Source: Octopus vulgaris (Eukaryota). From it: a stretch of 64,000 nt of DNA. Within the stretch, counting starts at the first letter, position 1. Each line of letters opens with the position of its first letter. The DNA lies in the NCBI GenBank assembly GCA_951406725.2, contig OX597831.1, positions 4,464,001 through 4,528,000 of the forward strand, written 5' to 3'. Both the position numbers and the translations under genes were made by a program. Below the pieces are notes generated by a model. That model saw only the letters and a list, made by a program, of their open reading frames with translations. It made no database searches and was not told the DNA's origin. This document shows positions 14,455 to 27,407 of the stretch, in pieces.

Positions 14455-14864
14455 CTTACTCTTTTACTTGTTTCAGTCATTTGACTGCGGCTATGCTGGA
14501 GCACCACTTTAGTCGAGCAAATCGACCCGGGACTTATTCTTTGTAAGCCTAGTACTTATTCTATCGGTCTCTTTTTGCCGAACCGCTAAGTGACGGGGAC
14601 ATAAACACACCAGCACCGGTTGTCAAGCGATGGTGGGGGGACAAACACAGAAACACAAATATATACACACACATACATATATATATATATACATATATAC
14701 GACAGGCTTCTTTCAGTTTCCGTCTACCAAATCCACTCACAAGGCTTTGGTCGGCCCGAGGCTATAGCAGAAGACACTTGCCCAAGATGCCACGCAGTGG
14801 GACTGAACCCGGAACCATGTGGTTGGTAAGCAAGCTACTTACCACACAGCCACTCCTGTGCCTA
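14455..14864 (-). mobile_element. tRNA-derived SINE, family A, full length
   Basis: Minus-strand head tggctgtgtggtaag...gggttcagtccc (A/B boxes), then cttgggcaagtgtc, an internal (TA/CA) tract and tail gactgaaacaagtaaaagag. More than 10 copies in the window. Confidence 0.92.
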
Positions 14865-15235
14865 TGTAAGTATATATATATATCATTTAGTTTTAGTTTC
14901 TCATTCTTGCTTCTGTAAGTCCTTTCTGATTTTCCTTTTCTCCTCCTTAGTCTTAACTTCTACGCTTTACTTTTCTATTTTCTTGCAGAACAGCATTTTT
15001 CCAATCCTTTACAGTAAGTTTATTTTTATATATTTCTTTATTCATTATTTTTATATTTTTTGCTGTGGTTTTATTCATTTGCGTTTATTTTAATTCAAAT
15101 TTTAAATTTTAAATTTCAAATTTTTATTTACTCTTTTAGTTTCAGTTTTTTATATCTTGCAATATGTTATCCCTGATAAAATGTTTCTCAGTCTCCATCT
15201 TTCTTATACCCGTGACAACGAGTATCGATGGTTAA

Positions 15236-15880
15236 CAGCGGTGGTTCTTAACCAAAGTCCATCTGGCTCTGGGAGTCCATATAAGATTTTGCCGTTAAAA
15301 TTCATATCCAATAACTTTCTCATCCTTCTACAATACATTCTTGACACAATTCCTATTAATATTTAATTACAAAAGTGTGGAGGCGCAATGGCCCAGTGGT
15401 TAGGGTAGCGGACTCGCGGTCGTAGGGTCGCGGTTTCGATTCCCAGACCGGGTGTTGTGAGTGTTTGTTGGGCGAAAACACCTAAAGCACCACAAGGTTC
15501 CGGCAGGGGTTTCTGACGAACCCTACTGTACTTTTTCACCACAACTTTTTCTCACGCTTTCTTCTTGTTTCTACTGTACCTATATTTCAAAGGGCCAGCC
15601 TTGTTACACTCCGTGTCACGCTGAATAATATTCCCCGAGAACTACGTTGAGGGTACATGTGTTTGAGGAATGCTCAGCCACTTGTACGTTAATTTCACGA
15701 GCAAGCTGTTTCGTTTATCGGATCAAGTAGAACCCTCGTCGTCGTAACCGACGGGGCGCCCCAAATATTTCTAAAAATACAGTAGGATGTTTTTATATAC
15801 ACCGAAAGGCTATGGCGGTCAAAGTAGAATAAACTAGGAATCATAGGGGCCCATAAGCAGAAAATGTTTGAGTGCCACAG
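15236..15880. mobile_element. Degenerate hAT-like MITE interrupted by a SINE
   Basis: Ends gtggttcttaacc and tttgagtgccacag. Similar, in inverted orientation, to the MITE at 56358-56620. Confidence 0.5.
15378..15762 (+). mobile_element. tRNA-derived SINE, family B
   Basis: Head ggaggcgcaatggcccagtggttagg...ggtttcgattccc and tail cctcgtcgtcgtaaccgacgg. Confidence 0.9.
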
Positions 15881-16347
15881 ATTTACACTATTTAGTTTGA
15901 AATTTTATTCGACTCACTTCAGTGTTTCGATATTGTTAAGTTACGGTGAATCGCATTTATCCAAAAGATACCTATTATTTTCAAAAATATTTGCCCAGTC
16001 AACTTTAAATGTTTTTTCCACGAGTTGGTAATCATGAATATTAATTTATAAATCATTATAATACAGAGATTCAGCAAGGAATTTTGTAAGAGGACAAGTC
16101 GCGGTCTCAAAGCGACAAAAATTTTTTTGGAAAATTAAATTTAAATGTTGAAGTTTTTGTGTTTCTTAAATGGCTTATAAACACCTTCCACTCTGCAATT
16201 GTTTATAAAACATTGCCTTCTTTACATTATTTACATTTGACGGATATTTGTCCTCATCTTGTTTGTTATTAATAATGTAAATAATGTACATAATTCCTCG
16301 TCTCTTAATTATAGAACTGAAACATTGCATTGTTCTAAATAGTCTAA

Positions 16348-16388
16348 AACTGTCCGATGATCGGTAACGTGAAATGCTGAGTACAGTT
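16348..16388 (+). ncRNA. Hammerhead motif, family H3 (decayed copy)
   Basis: aactgt-CCGATGA-tcggtaacgt-GAAA-tgctgagt-acagtt with a 6-bp stem I. Homologous to 19503-19540. Confidence 0.55.
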
Positions 16389-16530
16389 GGTTAATTTTTT
16401 TTCTGCTTCAATAAAACATTACAATACACTAACTTTGGTGTTGAAGTACGAGGTTCTCCACCTTGTTTAGCAACAGTTTGTTCATATGTGTGTGTGTATG
16501 TGTGTATGTGTGTGTGTGTTCGCGTGTGTG

Positions 16531-16570
<40 letters not shown>

Positions 16571-16598
16571 GATATATATGTATATGTATGTGTATATG

Positions 16599-16629
<31 letters not shown>

Positions 16630-16637
16630 GTATATAT

Positions 16638-16729
<92 letters not shown>

Positions 16730-16834
16730 GTATATATATATATGCAAAATAAGCAAGGATCATCTTATATTAATTTATATTGATAATACCATACTAAATT
16801 CTGGTGCCTTCAACTTAAGTACCATATTCATTTG

Positions 16835-16890
<56 letters not shown>

Positions 16891-16913
16891 CATACATTCA
16901 AAAAGTGTTCGCC

Positions 16914-17091
16914 TGTGTACCGTTGGCGATTTTTTTCCTCTGTCTTCCCTTCTCTGGATCTTTCCTTCTCCTATGTTTCCGACGAAGAGCTCCACTCGAA
17001 AAATTTCCTGAGCGTTCAATAATACTATATATGTTCCACATCCTCGCGTTGTTGTGTTTTCTCTTTGTGTTTTCATGTTTGGATTAACTTT
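16914..17091 (+). mobile_element. Short HHR-bearing repeat, family H4 (stem III deleted in this copy)
   Basis: gttt-CCGACGA-A-GAG-ctcca-CTC-GAAA at 16975-17001. Homologous to 19262-19432, 24713-24922, 25374-25460 and 45088-45163. Confidence 0.75.
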
Positions 17092-17155
17092 ATATATATA
17101 TATATACATCTACTCATATATTTCTTTATACATTCATAGAGACACAGGCAGACAC

Positions 17156-17216
<61 letters not shown>

Positions 17217-17350
17217 CATGTACATATATACACACAAACAATTATTACACTATACATGGAGTTTTATTTGTGTCAGTCTCTATATATATATGTGTGTGTG
17301 TGTATGCACATATATACAGCTTCACACACATGTGTGTGTGTGTATATATA

Positions 17351-17420
<70 letters not shown>

Positions 17421-17571
17421 TTTATTACTTTTAATTTATGTATTGAAGTATTTATATTTACACCATTTTCCTTCGCTTTTCATTGGTTTTGCGAGATATT
17501 GGTTTATGTATTTCAATAACCACCCACGCTTATAAGATTTTTTTCTTCGCACGAGCGCACGCACACACATA

Positions 17572-17612
<41 letters not shown>

Positions 17613-17767
17613 CTATATAATTATTCTCCTCCATGTCTATATATATATATTTGGTTTGTTCCACGCACCTTGTAGAAACAATTCTAAACTGTGGAATAAA
17701 TGTAAAACCTACTCCATTCTTCACTTATTATATGTACACCCCCTCACACACATCTACTCTTTTTTTA

Positions 17768-17961
17768 AGGCGTAGGCGTGGCTGTATGGCAAGATGTTTG
17801 CTTCTCAATCGCATGAATCCGGGTTCAGTACTTAGGAAAGTGACTTATACTCGAATTTCGGGCCGATCAAAACTCGATCAGTGGATTTAGTAGACGGAAA
17901 CTGAAAGAAGCCTGTCATGTGTGTGTGTATACACACACACGACAGGCTCCTTTCAGTTTCC

Positions 17962-17963
<2 letters not shown>
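17768..17963 (+). mobile_element. SINE family A, 5' part, followed by a short inverted fragment
   Basis: ggcgtaggcgtggctgtatggc...gacggaaactgaaagaagcctgtc. Confidence 0.75.
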
Positions 17964-18030
<67 letters not shown>

Positions 18031-18073
18031 TTTGTGATAAGGTTCGTTATTTCAAGAACCGAAACATGTAAAA
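18031..18073 (+). ncRNA. Minimal hammerhead motif (palindromic CATG stem III)
   Basis: ttt-GTGATAA-GGTTC-gttatttcaa-GAACC-GAAA-CATG-TA-aaa. Stem II has 5 bp, but the 3-8 pair is mismatched. Confidence 0.55.
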
Positions 18074-18155
18074 TTAAAATTCATGTAATATAGTGGCGTT
18101 TTCAAACTTCTTTTTTTTACAAATATATACCCACTCGTATACGATCTACTCTTAT

Positions 18156-18215
<60 letters not shown>

Positions 18216-18475
18216 TATATGTATATACATACAAGCACAAATACACACACACACAACACACACATATATATATATATAGAATGTACGAAGAACCGCTTTA
18301 CGAGACCCCGGGTTTACGAGTTTTACTTTCCAAGTACAAGATCCAAATTTTGAAAGTGCAAAGTTTTCTACTATCGTAGCAAACGTTTCTTCGTGTTACC
18401 GAGAAATTTATTGAGTAGAAAAACGGTGATGGTAAGCCACCGCGCCAAAACAATAAAAATAAATCTACTAGTCCG

Positions 18476-18526
<51 letters not shown>

Positions 18527-18529
18527 GTT

Positions 18530-18747
18530 AAGGCGGCGAATTGGCAGAGTTGTTAGCATACTGGACGAAATTCTTAGCGTTATTTCTCACTTAGCTACGG
18601 TCTGAGTTCAAAATCTGCGCGGTCGACTTTGCATTTCAACAGTTTCATCATTTCGGGGTCGATAAATTAGGTACCAGTGAGACTGCGGTGTCGCTGTAAT
18701 CGACTTGTCCCCTCTCCACAAATTTGAGGCTTTATACCTCCAGAAGA

Positions 18748-18752
<5 letters not shown>
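18530..18752 (+). mobile_element. tRNA-derived SINE, family C (Nin-domain-like)
   Basis: aggcggcgaattggcaga...gagttcaaa...ggggtcgataaattaggtacc...gtaatcgact. Matches 35115-35347. Confidence 0.8.
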
Positions 18753-18819
<67 letters not shown>

Positions 18820-18963
18820 TAAGCGGTGAGATCCACAGATACTCCGTACAGAAGAATATTAGTAGTACTCAAAAGATTAAAACTTAGATTTCGATGTCTT
18901 TATAGATGATCGATTAAAGAATGGATGTAAGAAGGATCAAGTTGACCAGATAATTGCCTTACG

Positions 18964-19026
<63 letters not shown>

Positions 19027-19070
19027 AAACAAGTCAAAATAGAAAATGCTAAAATAATTTTATAAAGAAC

Positions 19071-19116
19071 ATTTCAGTACCGGTTTCGGTCATTTTGAGA
19101 CCTTTTCAACTGTAAC
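19071..19116 (-). ncRNA. Minimal hammerhead with compensatory U3-A8 core
   Basis: Minus strand reads gttacag-TTGAAAA-GGTC-tcaaaat-GACC-GAAA-CCGG-TA-ctgaaat. Confidence 0.75.
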
Positions 19117-19215
19117 GATTAAATAATTAAATTTAGAAAAATTAAAAGAAAAGTTTTTTTAAAGGAATATTTGTATAGTGTTCAAATATAAGTGGCATTC
19201 TGCCTTTCTCTGTCT

Positions 19216-19267
19216 CCTTGTTTGCACTTGTGTGTTTGAGGCCTCAAACACACAAGTGCAAACAAGG
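19216..19267. repeat. 52-bp perfect palindrome
   Basis: ccttgtttgcacttgtgtgtttgagg|cctcaaacacacaagtgcaaacaagg. Confidence 0.95.
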
Positions 19268-19432
19268 GAGACGTGGAACAAATATAGTATTATTGGACGC
19301 TCAGGAAGGAAGGGAAGAAGGAGGGTTTTACGTTTCGAGCGGAGCTCTTTATCGGAAACATAGGAAAAGGAAAGATCCAGAGAAGGGAAGACGGAGGGAA
19401 CAAAATCGCTAACGGTACACACGCGGTCACAT
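19262..19432 (-). mobile_element. HHR-bearing repeat, family H4
   Basis: Minus strand at 19325-19359 reads gttt-CCGATAA-A-GAG-ctccg-CTC-GAAA-CG-TA-aaac. Confidence 0.75.
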
Positions 19433-19502
19433 AAATATATATATATATACATATTGATAGATATATTTCATTATTAAAGCTCCAAAAACATCATTAAAAA
19501 AA

Positions 19503-19540
19503 TGTTACTCAGAGCTTCACGTTCCCGTTCGTCGGGCAGC
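19503..19540 (-). ncRNA. Hammerhead motif, family H3
   Basis: Minus strand reads tgc-CCGACGA-ACG-ggaa-CGT-GAAG-CTC-t-GAG-TA-aca. A15.1 is G in this copy. Confidence 0.6.
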
Positions 19541-19670
19541 TTTGGTTGAGAATGGAACAACAACAAAAATTAATGTTTTTTTGTTATGTCTTTGCAGCTT
19601 TAATAATAAAGTATATTGCTCTACCTCCGGTATTCGAGTACTATTTTTCCCACCTTGCTTCACATATATA

Positions 19671-19811
<141 letters not shown>

Positions 19812-19823
19812 AGGCAGACAGAC

Positions 19824-19863
<40 letters not shown>

Positions 19864-20484
19864 GGATGTATCCTTTTATTCTCTTACTTGTTTCAGTCAC
19901 TTGACTGTGGCCTTGCTGGAGCACCACCCAAATAATTTATGTATATATTTATATATACATATACACATATATATATATCTGTGATGGGTAGTGGCCTGGT
20001 GGTTAGTAATGTAGTTCGCATGACCTTGATTTATTTTCCAGGATCGGGTGGTGAGTTGTTTTTTTGAGGCAAAACACTTCTTTTCCCGTTGATCCAGTCG
20101 ACGGAGCTGCAAAGAAGTGACCTTGTAACGGACCGACGTCTTGTTGAGGGCGGAAGTTGCGATCTTGGTTAGCCTTGCTCAAACGCCATGGAAAACATTT
20201 AAGGGTTTCGATGAGTCTGAGGGACCGAGACAGCGCTTATGTATATTCATGTAGCAACATACACACGCATACATGCATACGCAGGCGTACAAATACACGT
20301 ACAGATATAAGTACGTGAGTATGTTTGCATACATCTGTAAGTATCAAAACTGAATATGACGACAAGGATTCGAGTCGAAACTTTCCCAAACAACATAAAG
20401 AAATTGAACTAGTAATGTGTTATATGTGTTATATGTGTGCTTGTACGGTGTATATGTATGTATATATGTATATATGTATATATG

Positions 20485-20518
<34 letters not shown>

Positions 20519-20721
20519 TGTATGTATGCGTCTGTGTGTATGTATGTATGTATGTATGTATGTATGTATGTATGTATGTATGTATGTATGAATATATGTA
20601 TGTATGAATGTATGTATGTATGTATGTATGAATGTATGTATGTATGTATGTATGTATGTATGTATGTATGTATGTATGTATGTATGTATGTATGTATGTA
20701 TTTATGTATGTATGTATGTAT

Positions 20722-20933
20722 GTAGCTGTAGAAATGAGTTGCGACGTCACTGGTGCCAAGCTGTATCGGCCCCTTTGCCTTTCCCTTGGATAACATCAGT
20801 GGTGTGGAGAGGAGAGGTTGGTATGTATGGGCGACTGCTGGTCTTCCATAAACAACCTTGCCCGGACTTGTGTCCAGGAGGGTAACTTTCTAGGTGCAAT
20901 CCCATGGTCATTCATGACCGAAGGGGGTCTTTA
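20722..20933 (+). mobile_element. 3' part of a SINE-like repeat
   Basis: Unique-complexity insert in (TATG)n ending in hairpin ggtcattcatgacc plus gggggtcttta. Family assignment is by recognition only. Confidence 0.45.
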
Positions 20934-20986
20934 AAAAATAATGTATGTATCTATAAATGTATGTATGTATGTGTGTATGTATGTAT

Positions 20987-21406
20987 ACTCGTTTACTCGT
21001 TTACTTGTTTCGGTCATTTGACTGCGGCCATGCTGGAGCACCGCCTTTAGTCGAGCAAATCGACCCCAGGACTTATTCTTTGCAAGCCTAGTACTTATTC
21101 TATCGGTCTCTTTTGCCGAACCGCTAAAATGACCGGGACGTAAACACACCAGCATCGGTTGTCAAGCGATGTTGAGGGGACAAACACAGACACACAAATA
21201 TATACACACACATACATATATATCTATATATATACATATATACGACGAGCTTCTTTCAGTTTCCGTCTACCAAATCTACTCACAAGGCTTTGGTCGGCCC
21301 GAGGCTATAGTAGAAGACACTTGGCCAAGGTGCCACGTAGTGGGACTGAACCCAGAACCATGTGGTTCGCCTGCAAGCTACTTACCACACAGCCACTCCT
21401 ACGCCT
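20987..21406 (-). mobile_element. SINE family A, full length
   Basis: Near-identical to 14455-14864. Confidence 0.92.
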
Positions 21407-21561
21407 ATGTATGTATGTATGTATGTATGTATGTATGTATGTATGTATGTATGTATGTATGTATGTATGCATGTATGTATGTATGTATGTATGTATTTAT
21501 GTATGTATGTATGTATGTATGTATGTATGTATGTGTGTATGTATGTATGTATGTATGTATG

Positions 21562-21595
<34 letters not shown>

Positions 21596-22069
21596 TGTAT
21601 GTGTATGTATGTATGATTGTATGTATGTATTTATGTATGTATGTATATATGTATGTATGTATGTATGTATGCATGTATGTATGTATGTATGTATGTATGT
21701 ATGTATGTATGTATGTATGTATGTATGTATGTGATGGTAAGCGACCGCGCCAAAACAATACAAATTATATTACGTTTTCCAAGACACATATCTCAAGACG
21801 TAACTGTTAAGAGGTAAAACCTACTGTTAACATCATTTAAATAAAAGAGAAACGGAAATATAATGACCGATGTAATTCATAAGTAATTAAGTATGTAATG
21901 AATTAATTAACTACGTTGGAAACAGCTTTCTATGGAGAGGCAGAAATGTTACGACTTACGTTACGTTCCATTTTATAGTTCCACGCAACGTATAAATGGT
22001 TTATAATTTAATATTAATATCTATCTACATACCTATCCATCTGTCTGTCTGTCTCTTTGTCTGTTCGTC

Positions 22070-22151
<82 letters not shown>

Positions 22152-22227
22152 CACATATATAGATATATCCTTTTATTCTCTTACTTGTTTCAGTCACTAG
22201 ACTTCGGCCATGCTGCTGCACCACACA

Positions 22228-22268
<41 letters not shown>

Positions 22269-22275
22269 TATGTAT

Positions 22276-22328
<53 letters not shown>

Positions 22329-22536
22329 CATATATACATATATATACATATATACATATATACATATATATACATATATATATATACATATACATATATA
22401 TATACATATATACATATATATACATATATATACATATATATATACATATATATAAATATATATAAATGTATACAAATATATATAAAATAGATATATATAT
22501 GCATATACATATATGTGTATATATAAATATGTATAC

Positions 22537-22595
<59 letters not shown>

Positions 22596-22768
22596 TATAT
22601 ATATATATATATATATACGCATATATATAATTTTGCACAACCACATAAGGAAACAGCATAATGAAAACGAGAACACATCTTTTATGGAATTTCATTTCAT
22701 CCATAGCTCTCTTTCGGACATACACGTACACATCATATAACAACATGCATGCGCGTTTGTGTGTGTTG

Positions 22769-22815
<47 letters not shown>

Positions 22816-23036
22816 GGTTTTACGGTCAGCGGCAGGTGTTACTGCTAACCGTAATCTATAAAACAATTCTTTCATCTTATCGAACTTCAATATAGGAAAA
22901 ATTTGCACCATTCTACATCAATAAGCCAATAATGTTCCTGAAAGTTGTTTTTTTTATTCATTCGAAGCTTACTAACTTCCTACACCTTGATCTTTGGATC
23001 TTACCTTTACATACATACATTATATATGTATGTATC

Positions 23037-23078
<42 letters not shown>

Positions 23079-23169
23079 TTAGAATAACTTAGGAAGGTTT
23101 TGGCCAGTATTGGTCCAGGCCATGTCTAACCTAATAGCACCACCTGGCTTAATAGCACCACCATATATT

Positions 23170-23808
23170 ACTCTTTACTCTTTAACCCTTTTACTTGTTT
23201 CAGTCAATTGACTGCGGCCATGCTGGGGCACCGCCTTTAGTCGAGCAAATCGACCCCGGGACTTATTCTTTGTAAGCCCAGTACTTATTCTATCGGTCTC
23301 TTTTGCCGTACCGCTAAGTGACGGGGACGTAAACACACCAGCATCGGTTGTCAAGCAATGCTAGGGGGACAAACGCAGACATACAAACATATACACACAC
23401 ACTTATATATAACGGGAAGCTTTATGAAAATAAACAAAAGACGGAGACAGGTGGAATACAAACAAACAATTGTATTAGTGTGGCGCTCAGGAATATAAAT
23501 AAAACAACTCTTTTACGTTTCGAGCCTACGCTCTTCAACAAAAAGATACACAGAAAAGAAACACAGAAAGAAACAAGGAGAGAAAAAAATGCGTGCAGAG
23601 GCTAGCGAATCAACATGGCGATCTTATATATATATACATATATACGACAGGCTTCTTTCAGTTTCTGTCTACCAAATCCACTCACAAGGCATTGGTCGGC
23701 CCGGGGCTATAGCAGAAGACACTTGCCCAAGGTGCCACGCATTGGGACTGAACCGAGAACCATGTGGTTGGTTAGCAAGCTACTTATCACACAGCCACTC
23801 CTGCGCCT
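23170..23808 (-). mobile_element. SINE family A with an HHR repeat inserted in its internal microsatellite
   Basis: SINE halves at about 23170-23400 and 23635-23808 flank 23412-23625. Confidence 0.9.
23412..23625 (-). mobile_element. HHR-bearing repeat, family H7
   Basis: Minus strand at 23510-23545 reads cttt-TTGTTGA-A-GAG-cgtagg-CTC-GAAA-CG-TA-aaag. Homologous to 55533-55656 and 58210-58415. Confidence 0.72.
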
Positions 23809-24296
23809 ATATATATATATATATATATATGTATGTACGTATCAGTAATGATTTTAAATTTGGGTATAGACCTAGTCGTATGCCGTTTAAAGCCCATTCA
23901 CTGTATTCGGCTACCTGATGTCATCAACAGTATGCATAGAAATACCATTGGATTTACTGAAAAAAAATATGGAGTTCAGGAGACTCTTTATTATTCACTA
24001 CGATAGTTGCGATAGTTCGTGCATCGGTGCCTCAACAGTGAAATGCTCTACCAACAGTCGTGGTGCATCATAGACTAAGTGACTTCTCGAAAGTTACCTC
24101 GCTTTTTGATGTGCGTTTCGCTTATTTCGATTAGAATACATTTTGATGGTTTTAGTTCGATAATTGTCTACACGAGAAACGGTTTATAATCTCAAACGCC
24201 AGGTGCCGGGGCAAGATAAGTCGGAAATATTTGTAATGAGTAATAAAGTGTCCCTTAAATTGTATTTTCTTTCTCTCGTATTGTACATATATACAT

Positions 24297-24337
<41 letters not shown>

Positions 24338-24397
24338 CTATCTATACATATATGTATGTATATTCATGTATATATGCATATATATATATCTATATTT

Positions 24398-24471
<74 letters not shown>

Positions 24472-24472
24472 A

Positions 24473-24510
<38 letters not shown>

Positions 24511-24608
24511 CTATCTATACATATATGTATGTATATTCATGTGTATATCCATATATATATATATTTTTTTTTTTTCTGTATATATATATGAATACACATA
24601 TATATATA

Positions 24609-24674
<66 letters not shown>

Positions 24675-24712
24675 TATATATATATGTATATATATATATA
24701 TATGTATGTATA

Positions 24713-24921
24713 AAGTTAATCCAAACATGAAAACACAAAGAGAAAACCCATTAACGCGAGGACGTGGAACAAGTATAGTGTTATTGGACGCTCAGGAAAG
24801 GAAACAAAGAAGAAGGATTTAACCTTTCGAGCGGAGCTCTTCGTCACTAATATAGTAAAAGGAAAGATCCAAGGAAGGGAAAACAAAGGAAAAAAATCAC
24901 CAACGATACACACGCGATCAC

Positions 24922-24922
<1 letters not shown>
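24713..24922 (-). mobile_element. HHR-bearing repeat, family H4, within (TA)n
   Basis: Homologous to 16914-17091, with gacgaagagctccgctcgaaa on the minus strand. Confidence 0.75.
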
Positions 24923-24979
<57 letters not shown>

Positions 24980-25373
24980 GTATGTACATACACTTGTGCA
25001 TAAAACACTTGACTCTTTGATATACGTATACATCAAACGACAAGTCCTTCTCGAGACATAGACATATAAGGACAGCGTCCAAGTATCTGCGGCGCATATA
25101 TTTCCCATTCCCCTCTCCGTCACTGGATTAATCGCTTTCGCCAGCTGAGTGGACTGCGGCAAAGTGGAATGGACTATTTTGTTAGAAAGTTTACCGTTCA
25201 GACTGTTAATTGAAACCACAATCTTTCGATCATGAGCGAAACACCTTAACCGCAACACCACGTATCCATCGCTCTGTTTACATGCATACATACATACATA
25301 CATACATACAAACATACATACATATGTATGTATATAAGTTTTATATAGCGTGAGGCATTTACATGTAGTAATG

Positions 25374-25455
25374 CCCTTGAGCGTCCAATAATACTATATT
25401 TGTTCCACGTCCTCGCGTTGTTGTGTTTTCTCTTTGTGTTTTCATGTTTGGATTA

Positions 25456-25460
<5 letters not shown>
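25374..25460 (+). mobile_element. Family H4 3' tail fragment
   Basis: gagcgtccaataatactatatttgttccacgtcctcgcg...ggattaactt followed by (TA)n. Confidence 0.75.
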
Positions 25461-25529
<69 letters not shown>

Positions 25530-25681
25530 CATACATATATATATGTACATATATATATACATAAATACATATATATATACATACATTTATATATAGGTAC
25601 TTATATATAAGCGTATATACATATATATCAATACATGCATATATGTATTTCTTTGTATCTATCTATCTATCTGTCTATCTG

Positions 25682-25716
<35 letters not shown>

Positions 25717-26348
25717 CGGGAAGGAAGAGCTATTTTCATCATCCTTGTGGCTATGGCGAAAGAATGTATCTGGTGGACGCGTCTGAAAGGATTGGAGACA
25801 AACACTTTCCTCTCTGGTCAATCTCTCATCAACTTCTTCAAGTACCACTTGAAAAGGAAAGTGAGAGTAGAGAGGCAAGTTTTGTCTAGCGAATGTTTTA
25901 AAAAAAGATGGGTGAATGTAGCAAGAATGGCACGTATGAATGACGAAGCCACCTTGAGCATAGTCCTATGAACCCAGAAATCGAAAACAGAGAGTTGCTT
26001 ATTTGCAAAAAAAAAAAAAAAGAAATATAAAATGTGACATCATTGACCGAGGTTACCGTGGTCTTTTCCGTAGGCTTTTCTTTGCACGGGTAAACCTCAC
26101 CTGTCCTCCCCTTTACACTTCATATTGACATTTCTGTGATAACGATCCCTATTGATCAATTTTTTTTCCTCCCCCCTTTTTTTTAAACCCCCTTTTTTTT
26201 TGTCCTCTTTCTCTCCTTTTACGATCCCTTTTGATCGAAACTCCCCTTCCTTTTTTTTTTTTTTTCTTTCTTAAACCTTCAAAAGAAAAGCTCTACCTTG
26301 TAATTTGTTCTATCTGTGTGCAGCCCTGTGTGGCTAATAAAGAAACAT
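25717..26348 (+). mobile_element. 3' end of an L1/Tx1-like LINE flanked by (ATCT)n
   Basis: C-terminal peptide AMAKECIWWTRLK...FKKRW fits the AK..IW..R...F...W pattern of Tx1/L1 ORF2 ends. Pyrimidine-rich 3'UTR with AATAAA at 26336. Confidence 0.65.
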
Positions 26349-26369
26349 ATCTATCTATCTATCTATCTA

Positions 26370-26441
<72 letters not shown>

Positions 26442-26677
26442 AAGAGATAGTTACAGATGGACAGATAGGTAGGTAGATAGATAAACAGACAGCTAGATAG
26501 ATATACGAACACTTAATTACGTTCATACATAAAAGCGCGGGTCGAAGCACAAACTAATATATATCATGTATATAAATGTAACCATGTACATATGCATCCA
26601 TATATATTTATATATATTTATAATATATTCATATATATTTCCATATATAAATATATCCATATATATGTTTATACACA

Positions 26678-26713
<36 letters not shown>

Positions 26714-26929
26714 TGTATATAAGTATGTATGTATAGAATCAAAACTAACGTGACGCCTGATTTCCTGATATCGTCTGATTATATGCTACGATCGTAATCC
26801 TATATGTGCTAATAGAGAGATAACGAGTTCTCGTGTTTGTATTTCTCTTGTTTTAGTTTACGTATTTATGCACACTGCCAGCAACATAAATATCCCCATG
26901 TGACGATGTAGACCGACTTATAATTAGGG

Positions 26930-27037
<108 letters not shown>

Positions 27038-27092
27038 CTGATGACAATTATATATATTGGCATGTATGTATTTGTATAGATACAACTATATG

Positions 27093-27125
<33 letters not shown>

Positions 27126-27304
27126 GTAACTGTGTATATGTATGTATAAGTATATGAATGTATATATATGTATATGTATATACATGTATATGTGTATATA
27201 TATATATGTATATACATATGTATATATATATGTATATATATACATATATACATGAATCTATATACATCTATATGTATATATGTATATATATATATATATG
27301 TGTA

Positions 27305-27345
<41 letters not shown>

Positions 27346-27375
27346 TTATAAATATATATATATATATATTTATAA

Positions 27376-27407
<32 letters not shown>

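Noticed and set aside
14800-15450. tRNA genes
   Set aside because: The A/B boxes belong to SINE heads. There is no complete cloverleaf and the sequence continues into SINE bodies.
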